From the IMG/VR virus record IMGVR_UViG_2541047834_000005, positions 1 to 44,807 of that record: 44,807 nucleotides of DNA; one strand, given 5' to 3'. A program made the translations under genes and the position numbers. Under the pieces are notes generated by a model. That model did not search any database, was not told the DNA's origin, and worked only from the letters and a program-made list of their open reading frames with translations. Position 1 is the first letter of the stretch. Every line of letters starts with the position of its first letter. This DNA is from a virus (Duplodnaviria; Heunggongvirae; Uroviricota; Caudoviricetes). Positions 20,320 to 29,447 of this stretch are shown piece by piece.

Positions 20320-22053
20320 TTAAAGCGAGCGGATCCCATAGGACTCAATGTGGTCAGACAGCGTGTCTTCTTTCTCGTACAGCATGGCTCTGCCAACCGC
20401 CATAATCAGCGCAACTGCACCATCGATTTTGTTTTCCGCCTGCTCTTTGACGGGCTTCACTAAATCATCGTTACCTGGCATGTTTTTGCCGACCACATTG
20501 CCGATACACCAGGTCATGATGGGATTGCCGTCATGATGAAAGCGTCCCGATTCAATCGCTGCCTCCAGCTCTTTCATCGGGTCGGACATATTGGCGAAGT
20601 TCTGGACGATAGTAACGGGATTCAGGTCTTCATCAGCAAGGTCATGTGACAGCCCGGTCGCTCCGAAAGGGTCGATGGGTGACTCACTGACCGGGCTGAT
20701 TTTGTTCGCCGCTTTGGCCTCTTCGAGGATGTAGCGATAATCCACCTCTGCACCATCGGTAACGGTCAGAACGCCCATTTCCACCCATTTCTGAAAGCGT
20801 TCGGCTGTCCGGCGATCTTCATTTTTCTCGACGCTGTACACCGTGTCATACGGTACCCAGAAACGCGGGGCCACACTGTAGTAATGCGTTTTACCGTCAA
20901 TCTCGCGGGTATAAAGTCGCGCCATGCTGTTCATATCCAGCTTACGCGCCAGGTCAAAGGCCAGAATGCACGGCTGCCCCTCGAACTGCTCAAGAGTCAG
21001 TGATTTATCCTCGCAGCTCTGCCAGCTCACCAGGTTGAAATACGCCGAACGCGCCGACACCCAGATATTGAGGTGTTTTGTTTTAAAGACGTTTGCCAGA
21101 CGGGCGTTATTTTTCGCACGCTGCTGCTGACTTAACAAAAATTCGCGATAAACCGACACGCCAATATTTGGATTGGCTTTTTCCAGCACCTGCGGGTCGG
21201 TCCAGTCGTCACCTTCATCAACGGTATAGATGATCCCGAACAGTTCATCGTTAGGCACCGAGCCGTTGAGCATCTCGATGACTTCCCGCCGCTTGTCGTA
21301 GCACGGCCCCTCAATGTTGTACCCGGCGGTGGTGATGGCCCACATCAGTGGCTGACGTCGCGCCCCCATCCCGGTAAGCATTGTGGTATAAAGCGCATCG
21401 GTGGCATGCTCGTGATATTCATCAACCACGGCACAGTGGGGTGATGAACCATCACCTGGGTTGCCGATCAGCGGTTCAAACCGCGCGCCATCCTCCGGAC
21501 GGTTCATGTTTGAGGCGTTAACCTCAATCCCGAACGCTTCCGTCAGCATGGGTGTGCGTTTACACATCAGTCGCGCCGGGCGAAAGACTTCCCACGCCTG
21601 TTTCTCTGTCGTGGCACCGGAATACACTTCCGCGCCAAACTCGTTATCACAGGCAAAACAATACAGGGCAACACCGGCAGAGATTGCTGATTTGCCGTTC
21701 TTACGGGGGATTTCGGTGTACACCTCCCGGAAGCGGCGCAACCGGGTGCCTTTATTGACCCAGCCAAACGCACAGCAGATCACAAATAGCTGCCACGGCT
21801 CCAGCGTGATGGGCATCCGTTTGAATGCCCACTCCCCCTTGGTGTGCGGCAACAGCTGAATAAATTTCGCGGCCCGTTCAGCCAGGTCCTTGTCGAAGCG
21901 GTAACGAAACGACTTACTTTTTTCCGCCATCAGGTCATCAAGATGGCGCTGGCAGGCCTGAATCACAAACTGGCAGGCAACAATCTTTCCGCGGACGACA
22001 TCCCGGGCATACTGATTTGCAGCATTTACGTTGGGGTAAGATTTCCGGCTCAT
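20320..22053 (-). CDS. Terminase large subunit
   Basis: 577 aa, Terminase_1-like with ATPase and nuclease regions. Confidence 0.9.
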
Positions 22054-22553
22054 GATTCGATGATTTTCAGAAACGGGTTAGTGGCTTTCTTCTTCCCCGC
22101 CAGGCCAATCAGACGCTGGCGGCTGCTGGGGTCGAGTCCGAGCATTGCCCCCGTACTGCTCATCTCGGACTCCTGTTCTTTTTTGGCAGTCAGCTCCGGA
22201 TTTTTGACCATACCGCCCATTGCACCGGTGATGGTGTTGCCCTGTCTGGCAATATTTTTCACGGCACGTCGCCAGAACTCGTAGGCCACGCACCACCGCT
22301 CAAGCACCGCAAGGTCAGTCACGCACAGCAGGCCCTGACCGCAGAGTTCTTTAGTTGTCAGTTGCCACATGATCGTAGCGAGAGGGAGATCTTCTTCAGC
22401 GAACCACTCCGGTGGCTCAACACCTTTGATGGGCGTAAAAACAGGTTCATCTTTATTCAGGGCTCGCTTGCCGGGGTTTCCGGCCAGCGCCTTGCGCGCC
22501 GTTGGCTTGGGGCGACGCCCGGAACGCCCCGCCGTTCCAGCCATATGCGGCAC
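22050..22553 (-). CDS. Terminase small subunit (P27-like)
   Basis: 167 aa, basic N-terminus, overlaps the terminase large start. Confidence 0.7.
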   Translation of the reverse strand: MPHMAGTAGRSGRRPKPTARKALAGNPGKRALNKDEPVFTPIKGVEPPEWFAEEDLPLATIMWQLTTKELCGQGLLCVTDLAVLERWCVAYEFWRRAVKNIARQGNTITGAMGGMVKNPELTAKKEQESEMSSTGAMLGLDPSSRQRLIGLAGKKKATNPFLKIIES

Positions 22554-22594
22554 TCCTGGTTAAATTTCATTTTTCGCGGGTATAAAAAAACGAT

Positions 22595-22643
22595 GGGGCG
22601 GGCAGTCCGGAAGACGCCAGGCCGCAGGGATTTGACCCGCCCC
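22595..22643. repeat. GC-rich inverted repeat GGGGCGGG...CCCGCCCC in the HNH-terminase intergenic region (candidate cos region)
   Basis: 8-bp inverted repeat; in HK97-type genomes cos lies between the HNH gene and the small terminase gene. Confidence 0.25.
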
Positions 22644-22669
22644 TCCCCTCAGGCAGTTGAGAATTATTA

Positions 22670-23020
22670 TCACTTCAACCGTTCACGGGCCGTCTTCGCC
22701 TTATGACACGGCCAGCACAAACTCTGCAGATTACTGTCGACATCAGTGCCGCCATGCGATTTAGGGATGATGTGGTCAACGGTCTTCGCCTCACGCACCA
22801 CACCAGCACGCAGACATAACTGACACAGGCCTTTGTCACGCTTCAGGACACGCGCGCGAATACTGTCCCACTTCGAACCGTAGCCGCGCTGATGACGGGA
22901 TTGTCCAGGTTTGTATTGCTTCCAGCCTTCGCTTTTGTGGCTTTCGCAGTAGCCTGAAGGGTCTGTGGTTGTAGAGCGGCAGCCGCGAACACGGCAGGCT
23001 TTTGGGGTTCGTGAGGGCAT
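22670..23020 (-). CDS. HNH endonuclease (terminase-associated)
   Basis: 116 aa with CxxC...HIIP...CxxCH HNH motif; adjacent to terminase small subunit. Confidence 0.8.
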   Translation of the reverse strand: MPSRTPKACRVRGCRSTTTDPSGYCESHKSEGWKQYKPGQSRHQRGYGSKWDSIRARVLKRDKGLCQLCLRAGVVREAKTVDHIIPKSHGGTDVDSNLQSLCWPCHKAKTARERLK

Positions 23021-23151
23021 TGCATAATACTCTTGGTTGGTTCACGTGCGATATGTGGCATCCTTTTCAGAATCGAAGCGTATTCCACTACGGTTTTGCC
23101 ATAAAAACCTCAGGATTTTTTTGTTAGACAAATCGATAGTAAACGTTCAAA

Positions 23152-23180
23152 TTTACAAGATATTAGCAACAAAATAGCCT
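23152..23180 (+). promoter_or_regulatory. Candidate sigma70 promoter of the AT-rich insert (-35 TTTACA, 17-bp spacer, -10 TAGCCT)
   Basis: Hexamers read directly; AAGGA Shine-Dalgarno 7 nt before the ATG at 23196. Confidence 0.4.
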
Positions 23181-23195
23181 CTACAAGGAATCAAT

Positions 23196-23744
23196 ATGTT
23201 TGATTTTACTCATTTTGAAGAGTTGACTTTAGCATCCCATCAACCCGATAGAATAATGACTATAGTTCGGTCCCAAGATGACATTGGTATCTATCTCCGC
23301 ACTCACCTTTTGATTGAACAAATCTTGGAAGCTTGGATTATCTGTGCCTCTGGTAACAGGGATTTCTTCAGCGGTTTTGGCGAAAATATCAACATGGATT
23401 TTGCCATTAAAGCTCAGCTTGCGATGAACTATGGGATGAGCTCAGAGCTAAACAAATTTATTCGAAGGTTCAACAACTTCAGAAACAAACGTTCACATCA
23501 AATTAACAACTCTGACATCACTAACAGTGAGATTGACTCCTTAACAAGTCTAATGGAGCACGGTTACCCTGATAGCTTGACCCCCATTAGAGATTTTAAG
23601 CTTGGGGTTTACGGAGCAGAAACTAGGGTTGTAAGTTTCACGGGATCCTCTACAAGCTTACGCGATAAGCTCATTATGTTATTCGCTATGTTTTCCATGA
23701 GGGTACATTACGAAGCAAAATGCTTAAGCACGCCACAGAGCTAG
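23196..23744 (+). CDS. Hypothetical protein with R-x4-H motif (possible HEPN-like nuclease), first gene of AT-rich insert
   Basis: 182 aa; RNKRSH at residues 96-101; AT-rich codon usage distinct from flanking genes; own promoter and RBS. Confidence 0.6.
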   Translation: MFDFTHFEELTLASHQPDRIMTIVRSQDDIGIYLRTHLLIEQILEAWIICASGNRDFFSGFGENINMDFAIKAQLAMNYGMSSELNKFIRRFNNFRNKRSHQINNSDITNSEIDSLTSLMEHGYPDSLTPIRDFKLGVYGAETRVVSFTGSSTSLRDKLIMLFAMFSMRVHYEAKCLSTPQS

Positions 23745-23822
23745 GCTCTACTTTGATGCTCTAATAACATTCGATTATTTGCATTTCCTGTTGCATTAGC
23801 GACCTGCCATTGAGGAGTAAAA

Positions 23823-24383
23823 ATGATCCATACGGTACATTTTTTGACAGATGTTACAGTTGCCTCTGTAACTAATCTGATGGATGTCTGCTTAAAAGCA
23901 GTTTCAAATACTAATCAACCAGCAACAGAAATTAAGCTCTATATTTCCAGCAAAGGTGGAGATACAGTTTCAGGCTTTACTGCTTACAATTTTTTAAAGT
24001 CACTTGGTGTAAAGGTTACTACGCATAACCTCAGTAATGTTGAATCAATCGCAAACGTGATCTATATGGCTGGAGAAGTGCGAACTGCCAACCCACTTTC
24101 TCGCTTCCTTCTTCACCCACTGCATTGGGGGTTCGCCGCACCCAGCGCAGATCACCTACGATTGAGAGAATGGGCTTCATGCCTCGATGACGATCTAAAT
24201 CGATTTATTCAAATCATGGATATTGAAACAAAAAAGAAAAATCCAAGTGAGATTGCTGATTGGAAGGATTTGATCACTTCGGCAACCATCCTTCATCCCG
24301 GAAGGGCCTCCGAGTTGGGAATTGTTCATCAAGTCGAGGCTGCAACCATACCCACGGAATCGATCCGCTGGTGGGTACTTTAA
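23823..24383 (+). CDS. ClpP/S14-S49-like serine protease-fold protein
   Basis: 186 aa; ISSKGGDTVSGF, VESIANVIYMAGE and LLHPL segments resemble ClpP oxyanion, Ser and His regions; AT-rich. Confidence 0.5.
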   Translation: MIHTVHFLTDVTVASVTNLMDVCLKAVSNTNQPATEIKLYISSKGGDTVSGFTAYNFLKSLGVKVTTHNLSNVESIANVIYMAGEVRTANPLSRFLLHPLHWGFAAPSADHLRLREWASCLDDDLNRFIQIMDIETKKKNPSEIADWKDLITSATILHPGRASELGIVHQVEAATIPTESIRWWVL

Positions 24384-24404
24384 AATCATAATATTCACCA
24401 TAAT

Positions 24405-24431
24405 GCGGGCTTAGAAGCCCGCTCTTTTTTT
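24405..24431 (+). terminator. Rho-independent terminator closing the AT-rich insert
   Basis: GCGGGC-ttagaa-GCCCGC hairpin followed by tcttttttt. Confidence 0.7.
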
Positions 24432-24668
24432 CTCAGCCTGCCTGATATCAGCCTTATCCCGATTGCACTGGCCAAGTGCCGATAGCAGACTGACATTTAA
24501 ATTAAGACTATTACCCCATGTCATATTATCCGGAATGTCAGGATAAGGCGTTTCAGCCGTCAGGGTGGCTGGTAACGGAACCACCGGAATGCTCACGTAA
24601 ACTGTTCGCGTACTTCCGCAACCGCTCAGCAGCGGCAGCAGGCACAAGGCCTGCAGCACAATCATCAT
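24411..24668 (-). CDS. Rz1-like o-spanin lipoprotein (overlapping Rz in another frame)
   Basis: Internal start MMIVLQALCLLPLLSGC has signal peptide plus lipobox; partially embedded in the Rz frame. Confidence 0.55.
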   Translation of the reverse strand: MMIVLQALCLLPLLSGCGSTRTVYVSIPVVPLPATLTAETPYPDIPDNMTWGNSLNLNVSLLSALGQCNRDKADIRQAEKKRAGF

Positions 24669-24945
24669 CCGCAACAGCCACTTTGATATCTTTCTGGGTT
24701 CTCTGTGACTCCAGTGCGATCTGCTGTTTTGCATGCTGGTTAACCTCTATAACTGTATTGACGAGTTGCAGTGATTGCAGGACGTTACGGGTAATGGCTG
24801 TTGCAGATTCAGCATTTTGTACAGCCTCATCAGCACGTTTCTTTTCGTGCTGATATTTGCTGTAGTAGTGGTTGGCAGACCAGATGAAAGAACCAATGAC
24901 AGTAAAGAAGAATGCAGCGATAACCAGCTTATAGCTCAACTTCAT
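24553..24945 (-). CDS. Rz-like i-spanin
   Basis: 130 aa with N-terminal TM and coiled-coil; follows endolysin. Confidence 0.6.
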   Translation of the reverse strand: MKLSYKLVIAAFFFTVIGSFIWSANHYYSKYQHEKKRADEAVQNAESATAITRNVLQSLQLVNTVIEVNQHAKQQIALESQRTQKDIKVAVADDDCAAGLVPAAAAERLRKYANSLREHSGGSVTSHPDG

Positions 24946-25405
24946 TTACCACCCCACCTGCCTCTTTAAACCGGGAAATCAGGTCACTGATTTTATGTTC
25001 ATACTGACCGTAACCTGCACCAGGTAACGACGCCCAGATATTGCTGCAACGATCGATAGCCTGACGGATATCACCGCGATCAATCATCGGTAAAGCGCCA
25101 CGCTCTTTAATCTGCTGCAATGCCACAGCATCCTGGCTTTTGGGAGAGAAGTCTTTCAGGCCAAGCTGCTTGCGGTAGGCATCCCACCAACGGGAAAGAA
25201 GTTGATAACGGCCTGCAGCTGTTGACTTGAGTTTCGGATTTAGCGTGACAAGTTTGCGAGGGTGATCGGAGTAATCAGTGAATAGTTCACCACCAACAAT
25301 AACGTCATAACCGTGGTTATGTGTCGGTTGTCGCCCGTTATCAGTTCCCTCCGACCACGCCAGCATATCGAGGAACGCCTTACGTTGATTATTGATTTCC
25401 ACCAT
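24929..25405 (-). CDS. R: Endolysin R (lambda-type lytic transglycosylase)
   Basis: 158 aa, near-identical to lambda R as I recall it. Confidence 0.9.
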   Translation of the reverse strand: MVEINNQRKAFLDMLAWSEGTDNGRQPTHNHGYDVIVGGELFTDYSDHPRKLVTLNPKLKSTAAGRYQLLSRWWDAYRKQLGLKDFSPKSQDAVALQQIKERGALPMIDRGDIRQAIDRCSNIWASLPGAGYGQYEHKISDLISRFKEAGGVVNEVEL

Positions 25406-25712
25406 CTTCTACTCCGGCTTTTTTAGCAGCGAAGCGTTTGATAAGCGAACCAATCGAGTCAGTACCGATGTAGCCGATGAACACGCTCGTTATATAAGCG
25501 AGATTGCTACTTAGTCCGGCGAAGTCGAGAAGGTCACGAATGAACCAGGCGATAATGGCGCACATCGTTGCGTCGATTACTGTTTTTGTAAACGCACCGC
25601 CATTATATCTGCCGCGAAGGTACGCCATTGCAAACGCAAGGATTGCCCCGATGCCTTGTTCCTTTGCCGCGAGAATGGCGGCTAACAGGTCATGTTTTTC
25701 TGGCATCTTCAT
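25389..25712 (-). CDS. S: Holin S (lambda S107/S105 dual-start type)
   Basis: 107 aa beginning [20 protein letters not shown]..., lambda S. Confidence 0.9.
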   Translation of the reverse strand: MKMPEKHDLLAAILAAKEQGIGAILAFAMAYLRGRYNGGAFTKTVIDATMCAIIAWFIRDLLDFAGLSSNLAYITSVFIGYIGTDSIGSLIKRFAAKKAGVEDGGNQ

Positions 25713-26249
25713 GTCTTACCCCCAATAAGGGGATTTGCTCTATTTAATTAGGAATAAGGTCGATTACTGATAGAACAAATCCAGGCTACTGTGTTTAGTA
25801 ATCAGATTTGTTCGTGACCGATATGCACGGGCAAAACGGCAGGAGGTTGTTAGCGCAACCTCATGCCTCCCACTTTCACGAAGATCATGTGTAGAAGGCC
25901 GCAGCGTAACTATCACTGATGAATTCAGGATAGCCAGTGGCTACGGCTCAGTTTGGATTGTGGCGGCCGGAATCGAACCGGCTTCCATCGGTGCGCTGCC
26001 GATTGCAGTACGCGCGGCGGTCAGCTACATGACTAGTATTTTCACTGTCGCCTATCTGCTAGCTCGCCATTGAGCTTCACCACAACGATAAGAGCACTGC
26101 GCGGCACCTTTCACCAATTCCGCGAGGTCTGCGGGTTCAATGCTCTTACCTGTTGTGCAAACAAAAAAAGCCACCGTTGCAACTTAAGAGTCACTAACGG
26201 CAGCTTATGCGAATAGTGTTGCTCATTTGCTCAATGATGTCAACACGTT

Positions 26250-26738
26250 CTATGCTACATGTTTAATTTTCTCTACACGTTTCCGGTTTTTAAACGCACT
26301 ATCCAGAACCGGGTAAATCATAAACAACGAAGCATTGAGGATTTCGTCAACTTCCCGGCGACAGGTTGCGAGCGATGGTTTTTGAATACGCCCGCCGCCA
26401 CGGCATAACATCTTGCGAGGTCTTGCGACACGATGATAGTAAGATGCAATGGCATGCTTGGAAGATCCATGAGCGTAGTAGCTGAGGAGGATGCCAAAGG
26501 CTTTCTTGTCAATGTACATGACGGAATCGACGACCTGAGAAATCAACATTCCGTCATCATCATTGCACATTGGCCTTGTCATAATTCTTCCCGGCTCTAC
26601 GCTCTCCATGAACTTCGCTATTACGCTGCTCATGCGCTTTTCCAGACGACCTGAATAAACCCATGCGCCCCACAGTTCAAGCCAGCCATTCAGCCACTCG
26701 TGCTGTTCTTTGGTGAGGTTTAGTTCTCTTATGCTCAT
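26250..26738 (-). CDS. Late gene antiterminator Q (non-lambda Q family)
   Basis: 162 aa with LELWGAWV...TRPMCNDDDGMLIS motifs typical of a lambdoid Q family; upstream of lysis genes. Confidence 0.7.
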   Translation of the reverse strand: MSIRELNLTKEQHEWLNGWLELWGAWVYSGRLEKRMSSVIAKFMESVEPGRIMTRPMCNDDDGMLISQVVDSVMYIDKKAFGILLSYYAHGSSKHAIASYYHRVARPRKMLCRGGGRIQKPSLATCRREVDEILNASLFMIYPVLDSAFKNRKRVEKIKHVA

Positions 26739-26923
26739 CGTCTTCCCCTCTTGCCCTGTTTGACCATCAGGACGCCGTTAACTATTACGTGACGCTCACC
26801 TTTGCTGTCTCGGTTGTACTTGAGCACTGTTCCTCTTGCACAGGAAAGCATCCTCGCCACCTCGGTCTGATTGCCTCGTGTCTGGATAAGAAGCTCTGGT
26901 ATCGTTTGAATTGTGGCGTTCAT
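26735..26923 (-). CDS. NinH-like small DNA-binding protein
   Basis: 62 aa with YGNQTEVARMLSCARGTVLKY, similar to lambda NinH. Confidence 0.6.
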   Translation of the reverse strand: MNATIQTIPELLIQTRGNQTEVARMLSCARGTVLKYNRDSKGERHVIVNGVLMVKQGKRGRR

Positions 26924-27282
26924 GCGTTCTCCAGTTCGGTGATTTTTATTCCAAGCCGTCCGCCTGGTACTTTCACACCACGAATTACGCGAATGTCATC
27001 GAATTGCTCGTCGTCTTCCGCAAATCCGGCGTGGATAAGGGAATCGAGTAAACCTTTCAGGATGTTATCGAGGTCGCGGCGGCGGGAGTCTGGAACGTCT
27101 GCGATGACTTTGATGCGGAGTCGTGATTTGGTGAAAATGTCTAACTTGAGTTGGCGGATGATTTGCTGAACGTCTTTTCGGTATTTCTGGCCTTTATCGC
27201 TGATGTAGTATTGGCTTCCCCGTCTTCGCCAGTAGGTATTCACCGACGGCGGGTATGGAAGCACAAACTGATATTCGTTCAT
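26920..27282 (-). CDS. rusA: RusA Holliday junction resolvase
   Basis: 120 aa with DVPDSRRRDLDN and GGRLGIKITE motifs. Confidence 0.85.
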   Translation of the reverse strand: MNEYQFVLPYPPSVNTYWRRRGSQYYISDKGQKYRKDVQQIIRQLKLDIFTKSRLRIKVIADVPDSRRRDLDNILKGLLDSLIHAGFAEDDEQFDDIRVIRGVKVPGGRLGIKITELENA

Positions 27283-27557
27283 TGGACAAACACCCTCCCA
27301 TTGTTAACCAATTTTTTAAGGGTAAGCACAATGGCCCGCTCCATTTCAGCCCTTCGCTCTTCCCTGCTCATATCTCTCCCATTATCAATTCTTGAATGAC
27401 AATCAACACATAGCGCAGCAGTAAGGCAATCATCTACTTTAATCCCAACCCCCTTCCCTTCATTTCTGTGAGCGGCCTGAACTCCGTATCTTCCGCAAAG
27501 AACGCAAAATTCAATATCCCTGACTGCCTGAAGCCATTTTTTGCTTCTAAACATCAA
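27279..27557 (-). CDS. DUF1364/YbcO-like Cys-rich putative nuclease
   Basis: 92 aa with C-x2-C...AH...C-x2-CH spacing. Confidence 0.5.
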   Translation of the reverse strand: MMFRSKKWLQAVRDIEFCVLCGRYGVQAAHRNEGKGVGIKVDDCLTAALCVDCHSRIDNGRDMSREERRAEMERAIVLTLKKLVNNGRVFVQ

Positions 27558-28056
27558 TCCCCTCCAAAAAACGTCGGTACGCTGATTTGTTTTTTATGTT
27601 GCACACTGTCTGCGCACAAACACCAAATTCTTTGGCTATATCTCTGTATTTGCCTTTTGATTTATATATTGATTTCACTTGTTCTGGCGTTAGTTTGCAG
27701 AAGTGATGATTAAAACCATGAACAAGCAACCCGGAATCAAATCCATGTTTCGCATTTTCTGTTCGCGTTACCCACTCAAGATTTTCAACTTTATTATTAA
27801 GTTTATTTCCATCCTTGTGATTAACTTCCGGTTTGCCATCTGGGTTATCAATAAATACTTCTGCAACAATTCTGTGAACCATTTTATATGATGGTCTTTT
27901 CCCGCCACCTGGATACAGACCGACAAATGCATATCCTCCTGGTTTAATGCCATGAGATAATTTTTTTGATTTACGGCATGAAATGATGTCTCCATTTTCA
28001 GTTACTTTATATATACCCTCAAAGCCGGGGATATCTTTTTCTTTAACATCATTCAT
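27547..28056 (-). CDS. HNH homing-endonuclease-like protein (NUMOD4 + HNH_3)
   Basis: 169 aa; GFEGIYKVTENGDI (NUMOD4-like) and NHKDGNKLNNKVENLEW (HNH); AT-rich, interrupts the nin gene order. Confidence 0.7.
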   Translation of the reverse strand: MNDVKEKDIPGFEGIYKVTENGDIISCRKSKKLSHGIKPGGYAFVGLYPGGGKRPSYKMVHRIVAEVFIDNPDGKPEVNHKDGNKLNNKVENLEWVTRTENAKHGFDSGLLVHGFNHHFCKLTPEQVKSIYKSKGKYRDIAKEFGVCAQTVCNIKNKSAYRRFLEGIDV

Positions 28057-28261
28057 CGTCTTCTTCCTCGTACATTGAGCTATTCGGATCGCTCATCAGT
28101 TCTGCGCAGCAGTGCTCACACACGTGAACTTCCAGCACATGCAGCTTCTGACCGCAGTTAGCGCACGTTAAAGCCCGCTCGACGCTTTCTTGTTCGTAAC
28201 TTCGATTTGGGTCAATCACCTTGTTTTCCTCGCACGATGTCTTAGCCACCGGATATCCCAC
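28049..28261 (-). CDS. NinF-like protein
   Basis: C-terminal [39 protein letters not shown] as in lambda NinF. Confidence 0.6.
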   Translation of the reverse strand: MGYPVAKTSCEENKVIDPNRSYEQESVERALTCANCGQKLHVLEVHVCEHCCAELMSDPNSSMYEEEDDE

Positions 28262-28398
28262 AGGTGAGCCGTGTAGTTGAAGGTTTTTACGTCAGATTCT
28301 TTTGGGATTGGCTTGCGTTTATTTCTGGAGCGTTTCGTTGGAAGGTATTTGCAGTTTTCGCAGATTATGTCGGTGATACTTCGTCGCTGTCGTCTCAT
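28216..28398 (-). CDS. NinE
   Basis: Internal start [52 protein letters not shown], lambda NinE-like; ATGA overlap with upstream gene. Confidence 0.7.
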   Translation of the reverse strand: MRRQRRSITDIICENCKYLPTKRSRNKRKPIPKESDVKTFNYTAHLWDIRWLRHRARKTR

Positions 28399-28933
28399 GC
28401 CGCCCTCCTGACGCCCTGCCCGATCGCCATCAATGCCGCTTTGCATACGGTGGTAAACATCCGTCGAGGACTGATGAACGGTCGCCAAATCAGCAGCATG
28501 GAGCCTTTGCTGTTTCCCTTCTTCTCCAGCCCTGTCGATGGTTCGATAAAATTAATCCGTCCATCAGTGATAATGCGAACTTCGTCGACACTCTCCAGAG
28601 CCTTGCTGAACCATCCGACTGACATATCCTCTGGCACAAGCATCACTACCGTCTGTCGCTGTTGTATGCACTGCTCAGCGGCTTTTTCCACCCACGGCCT
28701 GATATTGCTGTACGGTGGGTTATTCCAGATTGCACCGTGGCTTACCCACTCAGAATTGAGCGCGTCGTCGGCCTCAGTTAGCCAGTGAGCACACAGAGCA
28801 TTTTTGTCGCTCGCTGCCGAATCCAGCCAGAATCCAGCCAGAATCCAAACTCAATATCCAGTGCATCAAAAAGCCAAAGCGGCGTTTGCCAGCAGTCCTT
28901 GTCGTGTGCTGGCGTATTTGATTTGATAGTCAT
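28395..28933 (-). pseudogene. Phage Dam-like DNA N6-adenine methyltransferase, frameshifted by an 11-bp tandem duplication
   Basis: 5' fragment (MTIKSNTPAHDKDCWQTPLWLFDALDIEFGFWLD...) and 3' fragment (...NNPPYSNIRPWVEKAAEQ...IIWRPF) are in different frames; removing one copy of the repeat at 28821-28842 restores one ORF. Confidence 0.65.
28821..28842. repeat. Perfect 11-bp tandem duplication (atccagccaga x2) at the methyltransferase frameshift point
   Basis: Read directly from sequence. Confidence 0.85.
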
Positions 28934-29370
28934 GCAGCCCGATCTCCCCATCTCGCTTTCCACTCCAGAGCCAGTCGCGCTTCGTCCGACCACTTAACGC
29001 CACGCTCTGTACCGAATGCCTGTATAAGCTCTAATAACTCCGCAAATTCGCTTACACGCATCCTGCTGGTTGACTGGCCTATTACCACAAAGCCATTCCC
29101 GGCAAGGTTAGGAACAACGTCCTGCTGCTTTAATGCTGCGGTAAACACACACTTCCAGCTTTCTGCATCCAGCCAGCGACCATGCCATTCAACCTGACGC
29201 GAAACGTCACCAAGGCAAGCCCAAAGCTTTCGATTCTGGTCTAAGCTGCGGTTGCGCTCCTGAATGATCACTACGATTGGCTTGGTTGGGTCTGGAAGGA
29301 TTTGCTGTACTGCGTGAATAGCGTTTTGCTGATGTGCTGGAGATCGAATTTCAAAGGTTAGTTTTTTCAT
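28930..29370 (-). CDS. ninB: NinB recombination protein
   Basis: Near-identical to lambda NinB from MKKLTFEIRSPAHQQNAIHAVQQ. Confidence 0.85.
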   Translation of the reverse strand: MKKLTFEIRSPAHQQNAIHAVQQILPDPTKPIVVIIQERNRSLDQNRKLWACLGDVSRQVEWHGRWLDAESWKCVFTAALKQQDVVPNLAGNGFVVIGQSTSRMRVSEFAELLELIQAFGTERGVKWSDEARLALEWKARWGDRAA

Positions 29371-29447
29371 GACTTCCCTCTCCCCCAAATAAAAAGGCCT
29401 GCGATTACCAGCAGGCCTGTTACAAGCTCAGTGATGTAGATGGTCAT

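Noticed and set aside
19536-22284. Plus-strand ORFs inside the portal and terminase genes (19536-20111, 20924-21130, 21461-21859, 21844-22284)
   Set aside because: They are antisense overlaps of well-supported minus-strand structural genes.
25941-26060. Possible tRNA gene (T-arm GGTTCGATTCC on minus strand)
   Set aside because: Could not find a complementary acceptor 5' strand, D-arm or anticodon arm at proper spacing, and there is no CCA. Kept only as a motif needing tRNAscan-SE confirmation.
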